Shown one piece after another: positions 15,568-24,675 of a stretch of DNA of 52,229 bases. A program made the translations under genes and the position numbers. How positions within the stretch are numbered: position 1 is the first letter of the stretch; each line of letters opens with the position of its first letter. The notes beneath the pieces were generated by a model. The model worked only from the letters and a program-made list of their open reading frames with translations, was not told the origin of the DNA and ran no database searches. The stretch spans positions 1 through 52,229 of the forward strand of contig DAOWEV010000113.1 in NCBI GenBank assembly GCA_030638325.1, in the 5' to 3' direction. This DNA is from Bacteroidales bacterium. Lineage in GTDB: Bacteria > Bacteroidota > Bacteroidia > Bacteroidales > JAGOPY01.

Positions 15568-17733
15568 ATGGTCAAAAAAGTAACCTCAAAAAAGAAAAGA
15601 AGGCCGAAAGGAAAAAATGCTTTTACCGAAAGTGTATTAGCCATTTTTGCAAACAGTCCGCTCAGGGCTTTTAACTACAAACAAGTTGCTGCCCAATTGA
15701 GAATCTCCGATAAAGCCAGCAAGGACCTGGTGAATACAATTTTGGTCGAACTGCTTGAAAGCGGGACGATCATTGAACTGAAGCCTGGTAAATATAAACT
15801 CCATGAAAAACATCTGGATCCCGGCCATGCCAGCCAGTACATTACAGGCATCGTTGATATGAAACAAACCGGAAAGGCTTACATCCTGAATGATGAGGGA
15901 GGGGAAGACATTTTTATTTCCGCCAACAACACCTATCATTCTTTAAACGGAGACCGGGTCAAAGTCTTTCTTTTTCCGAAAAGAAAAGGCCGGAAAACGG
16001 AAGGCCAGATCATCGAGATATTGCAGCGTGCCAAAAAACAATATGTCGGAACCCTTGCTATATCAAAGCAATTTGGGTTTCTTATCCCGGATCATAAGTC
16101 CATGCCGATGGATATCTTCATCCCGTTAAAAGAGTTGAAAGGCGCCCGCAACGGTCAAAAAGCCATAGCCCGGATCTCCGAGTGGCCCGAGCATTCCAAA
16201 AACCCCTTTGGAACCATCGTGAAAGTGCTGGGAACACCTGGCGACAATGAGGTGGAGATGCAATCTATCCTGGCAGAATATGATTTCCCGCTTTCTTTCC
16301 CCGACAACGTGACAAAAGAAGCCCTTAAAATCAAACAGGATATCAGCCGCAGAGAGATCGCTAACAGAAAAGATTTCAGAGACGTTTTTACCATAACTAT
16401 AGACCCGCCTGATGCTAAAGATTTTGATGATGCATTATCGTTACGTCCTTTAGAAAACGGGCATTACGAAGTGGGTATCCATATTGCAGATGTATCATTT
16501 TATGTGCCGCAGGATGGCATCATTGACAAAGAGGCCTTTAAACGGGCCACATCTATTTACATGGTCGACAGGGTGATCCCTATGCTTCCGGAAGAGCTTT
16601 CAAACAATATCTGTTCGCTGTCTCCAAATGATGATAAATTATGTTTCTCTATGGTCTTTGAGCTGGATGACAACGCCCGGATCCATGATCAGTGGATTGG
16701 CCGTACCCTGATCAACTCTAACCGGAGATTCAACTATGAAGAGGTACAGGGTATTATTGAAAGCGGCAACGGGGAATATTCCAAAGAAATTCTCATTTTA
16801 CATGATCTTGCTTCAAAACTCCGGGAGGAGCGATTTCGAAACGGCTCATTCAACTTTGAAACACAGGAAGTAAAATTCACACTGGATGAGAAAGGTAAAC
16901 CTTTAAGTGTTTATATCAAGGAACAGAAAGAGTCGAACAAGCTTGTTGAAGACTTTATGTTGCTGGCCAACAGACGGGTGGCTGAATTGATCGGGAAAGT
17001 AACGGGCAAATATAAGCCCAGGACTTTCATTTACCGGATCCATGATACCCCAAACCTTGAAAAACTGCAAAATTTCTCACAGTTTCTTAAAAAGTTAGGT
17101 TATAAACTCAATGTCAGCAACAGGAAAAGCCTGGCCACCTCTTTTAATAGTCTTTTCAGGCAGATCGAAGGCAAGGGGGAGCAGAATATGATAGAAACCA
17201 TTGCCATCCGCACCATGTCGAAAGCTGTTTATAGTACCGTAAATATCGGTCATTATGGTTTGGCTTTTAATCATTATACTCATTTCACTTCGCCCATCCG
17301 CAGGTATCCCGACTTGATAGTACATCGTTTACTGACAAGATACCTCGATAACAAACACTCGGTAAACCAGGAAGAATACGAAAAGAAATGCGAATATGCT
17401 TCTGAGATGGAACGAAAGGCCATTGATGCAGAGCGCGAATCCATCAAATACAAACAGGCCGAATATCTGCTGGATAAAATCGGCCAGGAGTTCGAAGGCC
17501 TTATCTCAGGGGTGAGCAAATGGGGCATTTTTGTTGAGCTGATCGGTAGTAAAAGCGAAGGAATGGTACGGTTGAGTGATCTTATGGATGATTTTTATTA
17601 CCTCGATGAAGAAAATTATATGGTCATAGGAAATCGTTACGGGCACCAGTATAAACTTGGGGACCGGGTCAGTATCAGGGTGAAGAAGATCGACTTGTCC
17701 AGAAAGGAGATGGATTTTGAAATGCTGGATTAA
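15568..17733 (+). CDS. rnr: Ribonuclease R
   Basis: RNB catalytic domain (DPPDAKDFDDA, HFTSPIRRYPD) plus a C-terminal S1 domain. Confidence 0.9.
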   Translation: MVKKVTSKKKRRPKGKNAFTESVLAIFANSPLRAFNYKQVAAQLRISDKASKDLVNTILVELLESGTIIELKPGKYKLHEKHLDPGHASQYITGIVDMKQTGKAYILNDEGGEDIFISANNTYHSLNGDRVKVFLFPKRKGRKTEGQIIEILQRAKKQYVGTLAISKQFGFLIPDHKSMPMDIFIPLKELKGARNGQKAIARISEWPEHSKNPFGTIVKVLGTPGDNEVEMQSILAEYDFPLSFPDNVTKEALKIKQDISRREIANRKDFRDVFTITIDPPDAKDFDDALSLRPLENGHYEVGIHIADVSFYVPQDGIIDKEAFKRATSIYMVDRVIPMLPEELSNNICSLSPNDDKLCFSMVFELDDNARIHDQWIGRTLINSNRRFNYEEVQGIIESGNGEYSKEILILHDLASKLREERFRNGSFNFETQEVKFTLDEKGKPLSVYIKEQKESNKLVEDFMLLANRRVAELIGKVTGKYKPRTFIYRIHDTPNLEKLQNFSQFLKKLGYKLNVSNRKSLATSFNSLFRQIEGKGEQNMIETIAIRTMSKAVYSTVNIGHYGLAFNHYTHFTSPIRRYPDLIVHRLLTRYLDNKHSVNQEEYEKKCEYASEMERKAIDAERESIKYKQAEYLLDKIGQEFEGLISGVSKWGIFVELIGSKSEGMVRLSDLMDDFYYLDEENYMVIGNRYGHQYKLGDRVSIRVKKIDLSRKEMDFEMLD

Positions 17734-17919
17734 GAGACTGTTTTCTTTGATAAAAGAGAGACGATCAATCCGGCAACCGGACTGAACATCATGCAGATAA
17801 AAAAAGACCATTCTTCCCCTATTTTTCTCTTCTTTCCTATTCTTTCAGAAATGACGATAGAGAAGGTATACCAGGCAATAAATAAAACTGTAATAGAATA
17901 TATATTCACTTTAATTTCT

Positions 17920-18036
17920 TTAATTTTAATTAGAAATCCACCTTTTTTGATAACTGGAATATTGGAATGCTGGAATGTTGGAATAATGCAGGGTTATCAT
18001 TATGTTTTTCATCCATTCCATTCTTCCACTCTCCTG
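17920..18036. repeat. Family-1 nested-hairpin element, copy A (truncated)
   Basis: TTAATTAGAAATCCACCTT terminus, then GGAATATT/GGAATGCT/GGAATGTT words, then CCATTCCATTCTTCC words. Confidence 0.65.
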
Positions 18037-18040
18037 TCCG

Positions 18041-18604
18041 TTAGTAAAAATATATCAACAAGAAAACAATCGGGATGAGGATCCCCAGGACCGTCATCCA
18101 GGCTCCTCTTTTGGTAATGCCTTTCCTGCCTCTTACCAGAAATAATCCTGTGATGGCCACGATTATCAGCGCACCACAAAAGATGTCCGAAAACCATGTC
18201 CAGTATTTTATGGGATCGTAATGCAGGTAATTTACTTCACTGAATACCGGACGCCTCACAGCCCTTTCAATGAGTCCTTCTCCGGAATTGATATCGATGT
18301 AGATAGATCCTCCTTTCAGAAATATCTTTAATATTTCCGGATTTGGAAAATAATGGTTTTTATAGTATTTGTCCATGTCATACTCCCGGATCAGTGATTT
18401 CACTTCATCTGAAGAGATATCCGAACTGATTTGCTCCGGATGGGATATTTGAATATCCATTGTTGTGATAATGTAGTTCGGGTTCCAGTCTTCAAGGTGA
18501 TTCAGGGCAATACCCGATAAAGAGTAAATGATCGTCATCCCGAAAAACAAGTATCCGAAATCACGGTGAACCACCCTAAACCATTTTCTCCATTTAAACT
18601 TCAT
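18041..18604 (-). CDS. PepSY-associated TM-helix protein
   Basis: WFRVVHRDFGYLFFGMTIIYSLSGIALNH motif with N- and C-terminal TM helices. ATG 18604 is preferred over GTG 18613. Confidence 0.55.
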   Translation of the reverse strand: MKFKWRKWFRVVHRDFGYLFFGMTIIYSLSGIALNHLEDWNPNYIITTMDIQISHPEQISSDISSDEVKSLIREYDMDKYYKNHYFPNPEILKIFLKGGSIYIDINSGEGLIERAVRRPVFSEVNYLHYDPIKYWTWFSDIFCGALIIVAITGLFLVRGRKGITKRGAWMTVLGILIPIVFLLIYFY

Positions 18605-18623
18605 TCCTGGCACAATTAAAGAT

Positions 18624-18656
18624 ATAAAAAGACGGGGTTGAAAACAGCCCCGTCTT
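18624..18656 (-). terminator. Rho-independent terminator
   Basis: On the minus strand: AAGACGGGGCTGTTTTCAACCCCGTCTT followed by TTTATATC. It lies 30 nt after the stop at 18686. Confidence 0.75.
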
Positions 18657-18685
18657 GTAAACTAATCTTTGAGATCGTTTAAAAG

Positions 18686-19156
18686 CTATTTTTCAATCAC
18701 CTGGTACTCCTGACAAAGAATCGAGTATTGTTTTTTATGATACATCCCTTCATGCTCTTCATCGTCTTCGTGTTCTTTACCGTTTTTATGTTCGCCATCG
18801 CCCTTTGGCATATCCTCTTCAATGACTTCAACAATACCTTTTACCTCGATAGTACTGCCTTCAAGTTCAGGAGGAAATGCGGCTACGTTTTCTGCGGGTA
18901 CGATTTTTACCTGTATATCCGGATTGCCTGACATGATGAACATTTTTTCGCCACCATGTTTGCAGACATGAGCTACCATTCCCTTGATTTCTACGGCCTG
19001 GCCAACCAGCTCCGGTGCCTTTGCATGAAAATCATTTACTTCAATGAGTACTGGTTTAACTTTTGATTTACTCTTAATTTTCTGAGCATCAATGCTCTGG
19101 CTTGTAAAAAGCAATAAAACTAATGCTGATAATAATACTTTTTTAATACGTTTCAT
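18686..19156 (-). CDS. Secreted small protein with an OB-fold-like core and a His/Asp/Glu-rich tail; function unknown
   Basis: Signal peptide, a beta-rich core, then GDGEHKNGKEHEDDEEHEGMYHKK. It is followed by a clear terminator hairpin. Confidence 0.55.
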   Translation of the reverse strand: MKRIKKVLLSALVLLLFTSQSIDAQKIKSKSKVKPVLIEVNDFHAKAPELVGQAVEIKGMVAHVCKHGGEKMFIMSGNPDIQVKIVPAENVAAFPPELEGSTIEVKGIVEVIEEDMPKGDGEHKNGKEHEDDEEHEGMYHKKQYSILCQEYQVIEK

Positions 19157-19245
19157 AATGGTTTTTTAATTTATAGTTTATCGATAAAAAAATTTCTGAG
19201 CGGTAAAGATATAATTTTTATCCTTGTTGCTCTTTATGATATTTA

Positions 19246-20784
19246 TCAGTATTTTTCCAGAACCCGGATCTTTATCCCGTCATATTTAATTTCTTTTCCG
19301 TTTTTGTATGAAATGATGAGAAAAGGTGTTCCGTCATAATTATAAGATATCCAGTCTCCTTCTTTTCTGCCCATAATATATTCTCCGGCATCTTTTCTCT
19401 TTCCGTTGTCCCAGTAGTACGTATGTTGGCCATGGGGATTATCTTCAACAAATCTTCCCTCAAACCGCAATACTTCAGCAACTCCATATTCTTTGGGAAT
19501 CCAGTAATATTTCCATAAACCACTCCTCATTCCTTCCACATAACCTCCTTCGATACGTGCGTCACCTGTAACATATGACCAATCCCCGTCTTCAAGACCA
19601 TCAATATATTCCCCCCGGGTTATTACTTCTCCTTCTTCACTATACTCTGTCATTGTCCCATCCAGCCGGCCCAGATAATAGTATTCTTCCCTGAGTATTT
19701 CTCCGGATCCATAATACCACCACCACTCTCCATCAGGCTGGCCTTCTTTATTATAGCTTCCTTCCTGTTCAAGTTTTCCATTTTTATGATAATATTTCCA
19801 GGGGCCATTTTTAACATCTTTATCATATTTTCCTTCGGCTCTCAAATTACCTTCATCATAATACTCTTTCCAAAATCCGTCCCGTTCTCCTTTTTCAGTA
19901 ACAATACCCTCTCCAATGATTATGCCGTTTTTGAAAATATAGGATCTTTCAATGGATCCGTCAGGTGCATATTCTCTTCTGATCCCTTCCGGTTTGCCTT
20001 CTTTATTGTACATAGCTACAATTTTTACTTTACCATCCGGGTAAAAATCCTTCTTAACATCAAGTTTAACAAGCTCTCTGGCATCTTCTTTCTTTACGCC
20101 ATCAATAAATTTAGCAGTTGTGATCAAATCACCATTAACATCATAATCTTTAAAATAGCCGTCTTCCAATCCATGCTTATAAATCCCTTCCTGTCTCAGG
20201 ATGCCATTGCTATAAAAATATTTCCATTTACCATGCTTACGCTTGTTGTTATCGTACCTGTTAATCTTTTCCCTGGCAACGATAAAGCCGCTTTTATATG
20301 TGATCAGTGTTATGATCCTGCCATTTTTAGCATACTCTTTTGCCATACCCTCCTCAAGGCCATCTATAAAATTTACTTTCTTTTTCAGTTTTCCATCGGT
20401 ATAGTACCATGATGTAATTCCCTGTTTTATGTCATTCACGAAATTTTCTTCAATAATTTCATCTTCCCGGTATGTTTTTCTTACCCCATACTTTTTTCCG
20501 TTCAAATAATTTATTTCCATTTTAATTTTTCCCTGATCATCATAAAATTTCCAGGTACTGTCTAACTCAAAGTTTTTTCTGTTGCCTTCCGAAACCAATA
20601 TTTCTTCTTCATTAAATGTTTTCCAATATCCATCCGGCTTACCTTCACGCATATTACCTTCACTTGAAATTTTTCCATTTTCATGATAAAAAATATTATA
20701 TCCATTTGGGTTTATCTGGCTTTTTATTAACAGCGGAAAACAGGAAAAACACAAAAAGATAAATATGACCGGAAAATATTTCAT
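19246..20784 (-). CDS. MORN-variant repeat protein (YwqK-like repeats), secreted
   Basis: Many repeats of the type G.xxG.W..YYenGk. The signal peptide starts at MKYFPVIFIFLCFSC. The 12 upstream in-frame codons (to 20820) belong to a repeated leader element. Confidence 0.75.
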   Translation of the reverse strand: MKYFPVIFIFLCFSCFPLLIKSQINPNGYNIFYHENGKISSEGNMREGKPDGYWKTFNEEEILVSEGNRKNFELDSTWKFYDDQGKIKMEINYLNGKKYGVRKTYREDEIIEENFVNDIKQGITSWYYTDGKLKKKVNFIDGLEEGMAKEYAKNGRIITLITYKSGFIVAREKINRYDNNKRKHGKWKYFYSNGILRQEGIYKHGLEDGYFKDYDVNGDLITTAKFIDGVKKEDARELVKLDVKKDFYPDGKVKIVAMYNKEGKPEGIRREYAPDGSIERSYIFKNGIIIGEGIVTEKGERDGFWKEYYDEGNLRAEGKYDKDVKNGPWKYYHKNGKLEQEGSYNKEGQPDGEWWWYYGSGEILREEYYYLGRLDGTMTEYSEEGEVITRGEYIDGLEDGDWSYVTGDARIEGGYVEGMRSGLWKYYWIPKEYGVAEVLRFEGRFVEDNPHGQHTYYWDNGKRKDAGEYIMGRKEGDWISYNYDGTPFLIISYKNGKEIKYDGIKIRVLEKY

Positions 20785-20796
20785 TATCAGCTCGTT

Positions 20797-20994
20797 ATTA
20801 TTTAGTAATGCTCTATTCATGTCTCTGTTGTCATTTGCTTCGCTGTCATTCGATTGTCATTTGCTTCGCGTCATTTTAATAACCATTGAATGACCATTGA
20901 ATGACTACTGAATGACTATCAATGACCATTAAATGACTTATTTATGATAAAATAAACTAATGTATACAAATTTATTAACCACCTAAATAGTTAC
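20797..20994. repeat. Left copy of the long inverted repeat (198 bp)
   Basis: Its reverse complement aligns by hand with 29984-30160, with few substitutions and two indel blocks inside the tandem-word part. Confidence 0.85.
20967..20974 (-). promoter_or_regulatory. Candidate -7 box TAAATTTG inside the left inverted-repeat copy, reading toward the MORN gene
   Basis: Same position in the repeat as 30004-30011. Confidence 0.35.
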
Positions 20995-21002
20995 GTCAGT
21001 TC

Positions 21003-21968
21003 TTATATAATATTTAGTTTTTTTGATATTTCAAGCATTCTATCAATCGGTAACCTGGATTTATTAATAGTTTCATCGCTTAATGTGATCTCTGGTAATA
21101 AATTATCCAGACATAAATAAAGTTTTTCCATTGTATTTTTTTTCATGTAAGGACAATCGTTACATGAGCAATTTTCATCCGTTGGCACAATGATAAATTT
21201 CTTATCAGGTGATTCTTTTCTCATCTGGTGTAAGATACCTGTCTCAGTGGCTACTATAAATTTTTTAGATTTATCATTCATTGTAAATTTTAACATGGCA
21301 GTGGTGGATCCCACAAAATCCGCCAATTCCAGTAACTGGGCTTTACATTCGGGGTGAGCTATCAATTTAGCATCCGGGTGATCCATCTTCAGTTTGATAA
21401 CAGCTTCCGTATTAAGAATATCATGAACTTCACAGGTTCCGTCCCATAAAACCATATTTCTGCCGGTAATTCTGTTAACATACCCACCCAGGTTCTTATC
21501 AGGAGCAAAAATAATATTCTGATCCTTCGAAAAAGATTCAACAATAGCCACTGCATTTGAAGAAGTACAGATAACATCCGACATCGTTTTTATGTCGGCC
21601 GTACAGTTTATATAAGAAATCACAATATGATCAGGATATTTTTCCTTAAATTTACCGAACTCCAGTGGTGGACAAGACTCTGCCAGTGAACAACCAGCTT
21701 CCAGATCGGGTAGTAAAACCTTTGTATCAGGATTCAGTATCTTGGCAGTTTCAGCCATGAAATGAACGCCAGCAAAAACAATGATCTCAGCTTCAGATTC
21801 CAGGGCCTTTTGTGCCAGTCCAAGGCTGTCTCCAACATAATCTGCAATATCCTGTATTTCAGAAATTTGATAAAAATGAGCTAATAAGATTGCATTTTTT
21901 TCTTTCTTGAGTTTTAAAAATTCTGCTCTGTAATCAATATCTTTGTTAAGGTTACCCTCCATAATCAT
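21003..21968 (-). CDS. nadA: Quinolinate synthase
   Basis: KKEKNAILLAHFYQISEIQDIADYVGDSLGLAQ and a conserved Cys-containing core. The start is uncertain. The longer ORF (to 22034) translates GGAAT-type word repeats, so it is trimmed to Met23. Confidence 0.8.
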   Translation of the reverse strand: MIMEGNLNKDIDYRAEFLKLKKEKNAILLAHFYQISEIQDIADYVGDSLGLAQKALESEAEIIVFAGVHFMAETAKILNPDTKVLLPDLEAGCSLAESCPPLEFGKFKEKYPDHIVISYINCTADIKTMSDVICTSSNAVAIVESFSKDQNIIFAPDKNLGGYVNRITGRNMVLWDGTCEVHDILNTEAVIKLKMDHPDAKLIAHPECKAQLLELADFVGSTTAMLKFTMNDKSKKFIVATETGILHQMRKESPDKKFIIVPTDENCSCNDCPYMKKNTMEKLYLCLDNLLPEITLSDETINKSRLPIDRMLEISKKLNII

Positions 21969-22492
21969 CTTATTTTGTTCTTTTTTTAATATATGTTTTT
22001 CTTCCATCATTCCAATATTCCATTGTTCTATCATTCGACGGTAAAATTACTACTTCTCTTTTTATTAGATTTTTGAACAATACATTAAATAATAATTATT
22101 TTATAAATATTATATTATATTATTATAAACTGTTGAATACTTGAATAATTAAATGAGTTTTTTCTTGACTTTTTGACTTATTCTTAATTATCAACAATTA
22201 TATTAAAGTAATATTTTATGAGTTATTGTTTTAAAGTCGATTATGTTATTATGAACAGTGTATTAATAAAATACAATGTTGAAACTTTTTAGTGAGAAGG
22301 AGCCTTATAAAATCTTAATTTATAGTTGAGAAAAAAGAATAAAACACTGTAATTTTTGAATAATGAATAAATTCATTATAAATATTTAATATTTAATTAA
22401 ATACAAACAAAGATAAACAGTTATGAACATTTTTTTGTTGAAAATTATAAATTTTTGAAATTGAAGGATATGATTACTCCTGCTTAATTATA

Positions 22493-22500
22493 TACTTTTG
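22493..22500 (+). promoter_or_regulatory. Candidate -7 box TACTTTTG
   Basis: 19 nt upstream of rpiB ATG 22520. Confidence 0.45.
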
Positions 22501-22519
22501 TATTAAACAACTATCCATC

Positions 22520-22972
22520 ATGTTTGATAAATCGAGAACTTTACCATTGGCCTGTGATCATGGAGGTTTTGATATGAAGGAATTCATTATGAAAAGACTC
22601 CTTGAAGATGGTTATAAGGTGAAGGATTTCGGTACTTTTTCAAATAAGAGCGTTGATTATCCTGATTTTGTACATCCTTTGGCAAAGGCTGTTAGTGAGG
22701 ATGAATATAATATAGGCATCATCATATGTGGAAGCGGTAACGGAGCTCAGATGACGGCTAACAAGTATGATAATGTAAGGGCTGCATTATGCTGGAATGA
22801 AGAATTAACAACTTTGGCAAGGCAGCATAATAATGCTAACATATTATCCTTGCCCGGGCGGTTTCTTGATTTTAAAAAGGCCTTCAAAATGGTCAAGATC
22901 TTTTTAAATACCGGTTTCGAAGGAGGCAGACATACTCGCAGGGTTGATAAAATCAATGAGATATTAGAATAG
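22520..22972 (+). CDS. rpiB: Ribose-5-phosphate isomerase B
   Basis: ACDHGGF...IIICGSGNGAQMTANK...RAALCW, the RpiB/LacAB family signature. Confidence 0.85.
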   Translation: MFDKSRTLPLACDHGGFDMKEFIMKRLLEDGYKVKDFGTFSNKSVDYPDFVHPLAKAVSEDEYNIGIIICGSGNGAQMTANKYDNVRAALCWNEELTTLARQHNNANILSLPGRFLDFKKAFKMVKIFLNTGFEGGRHTRRVDKINEILE

Positions 22973-23019
22973 TGAAATCAAAGCCACTTTCTTAGAAGAT
23001 GGATATTTACTGGTAAAAT

Positions 23020-24393
23020 ATGTCGGAACTTCAAAGAAAATTTTTGAAAGATGCTGAAAAGATTGCATTTGATCTGGAACACAGAAAAATTATTAAATTT
23101 AATATATCAAAGTATGATCAGGCCGTAATTGATGGAAAGAAACAGTTCAGGGATATAGATTTAGCCAAGAAAAGAGCAGCAAATCTCAAACACAGGATGA
23201 TCAACGACCTTGAAAAACACCTGATAGAATTTGAGGTTAATTTTGAAAAAAGAGGAGGAAAGGTAATATGGACTCAAAACAAAAAGGAAGCCAATAAAGA
23301 AATACTTGCAATACTGAAAAAAGCGAAGGCAACAACTGTTGTCAAATCCAAATCGATGCTTACCGAAGAACTGAGTTTAAATGATGTTCTTGAAAAGAAA
23401 AAAATAGAAGTCTTTGAAACCGACCTTGGCGAGTTCATAGTTCAGGTTGCCGGAGAAAAACCATATCATATTGTAACACCGGCAATGCACAAGTCTAAGG
23501 AAGATATAGCAAAACTTTTTCACGAAAAATTCAACACTCCTGAAACAGCTACTCCAGGCGAGATAACCTCTTTTGTCAGAAAATATATGCGGCAAAAGTT
23601 TATCAAAGCAGATGTGGGTATCACCGGCGCTAATTTTCTGATTGCGGATGTAGGAGGCATAGGCCTTACAGAAAACGAAGGCAATGGCATAATGAGTTTT
23701 TCATTTCCGCGGATCCATATTGTTGTGGTTGGTATTGAAAAGCTTATTCCTTCTATAAACGACTTGCATTTACTCTGGCCACTGCTGTCCACATTTGGAA
23801 CAGGACAAAATGTTACGGCATATAACAGTATTGTTTCAGGGCCCATGCAGGAGGGAGAAACTGACGGTCCTGAAGAAATGTATGTTGTTTTAATAGATAA
23901 TGGAAGAACCGATGTTTTAAAACAGGAGAGACAACGACGAGCGATGTCCTGTATACGATGTGGAGCGTGCCTGAATGTTTGCCCAATCTACAGGAATATT
24001 GGTGGATTTACATATAATACGGTTTACAGCGGACCAATAGGATCGGTGATAAACCCTTATTTAAAAGGACTTAGTGAATATAAACACTTGAGTTTTGCTT
24101 CTTCACTCTGTGGAAAATGTACTGAGGTTTGCCCGGTGAAAATACCAATTCACGAACTATTGCTCGTAAATAGAAATGATGCAGTGAAAAAAGGCTTGAC
24201 TTCCGGTTCAGAGAGGTTCATTTATAAGAATATGAAGAAAGTATTGATGAAGCGTAAGTTGATGAACATGGGCGGAAGAAAATTAAAAAATACTATGTTA
24301 AAGCAATTCTTTTCCAAATCCTGGGGCCCCAGAAGAGATATGCCGGTAATTCAATCAAAATCATTTAACCAGCTGTGGAAAAATAAAAACTAA
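23020..24393 (+). CDS. lutB: LutB/LldF-family iron-sulfur protein (LUD domain plus 2x[4Fe-4S])
   Basis: CIRCGACLNVCP and CGKCTEVCP ferredoxin motifs after a LUD-type domain. No lutA or lutC gene is adjacent. Confidence 0.75.
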   Translation: MSELQRKFLKDAEKIAFDLEHRKIIKFNISKYDQAVIDGKKQFRDIDLAKKRAANLKHRMINDLEKHLIEFEVNFEKRGGKVIWTQNKKEANKEILAILKKAKATTVVKSKSMLTEELSLNDVLEKKKIEVFETDLGEFIVQVAGEKPYHIVTPAMHKSKEDIAKLFHEKFNTPETATPGEITSFVRKYMRQKFIKADVGITGANFLIADVGGIGLTENEGNGIMSFSFPRIHIVVVGIEKLIPSINDLHLLWPLLSTFGTGQNVTAYNSIVSGPMQEGETDGPEEMYVVLIDNGRTDVLKQERQRRAMSCIRCGACLNVCPIYRNIGGFTYNTVYSGPIGSVINPYLKGLSEYKHLSFASSLCGKCTEVCPVKIPIHELLLVNRNDAVKKGLTSGSERFIYKNMKKVLMKRKLMNMGGRKLKNTMLKQFFSKSWGPRRDMPVIQSKSFNQLWKNKN

Positions 24394-24398
24394 AAATA

Positions 24399-24632
24399 GC
24401 CACAGATTCACAGATTTAATTTGAATTAGAAATCCACCTTCTTTGATGGTGGTTATGTTCTTATTTGTTATACATGATAAGAATTATTGGAATATTGGAA
24501 TAATACAGGGTTACTAAAACATTTTTCATCCAATATTCCATCTTTCCATCATTCAGCGCCCTATGGGTGCAATTCAAAGCCACCTTCTAAGAGGGTGGAT
24601 TTTTACTTTTGAAAAATCTGTGAATCTGTGGC
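24399..24632. repeat. Family-1 nested-hairpin element, copy B (most complete, three nested inverted repeats)
   Basis: Outer arms: GCCACAGATTCACAGATTT (24399-24417) and AAATCTGTGAATCTGTGGC (24614-24632). Middle: AAATCCACCTTCT and AGAGGGTGGATTT. Inner: GGAATATTGGA and TCCAATATTCC. Confidence 0.85.
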
Positions 24633-24675
24633 ATATTTTTCAAATTTTTTAGATAAATGTCTTTTCAGTCCGGGT

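Noticed and set aside
17791-18078. A 95-aa plus-strand ORF between rnr and the PepSY-TM gene.
   Set aside because: It runs through family-1 repeat copy A (GGAATATT words) and into the antisense 3' end of the PepSY-TM gene. It is not credible as coding.
19200-24400. A visibly lower-GC stretch (MORN gene, nadA, rpiB, lutB) that could be a horizontally acquired island.
   Set aside because: The content is housekeeping metabolism. There is no integrase, tRNA or direct-repeat boundary. I did not compute GC values, so the shift may be modest. The flanking inverted repeats are reported separately.
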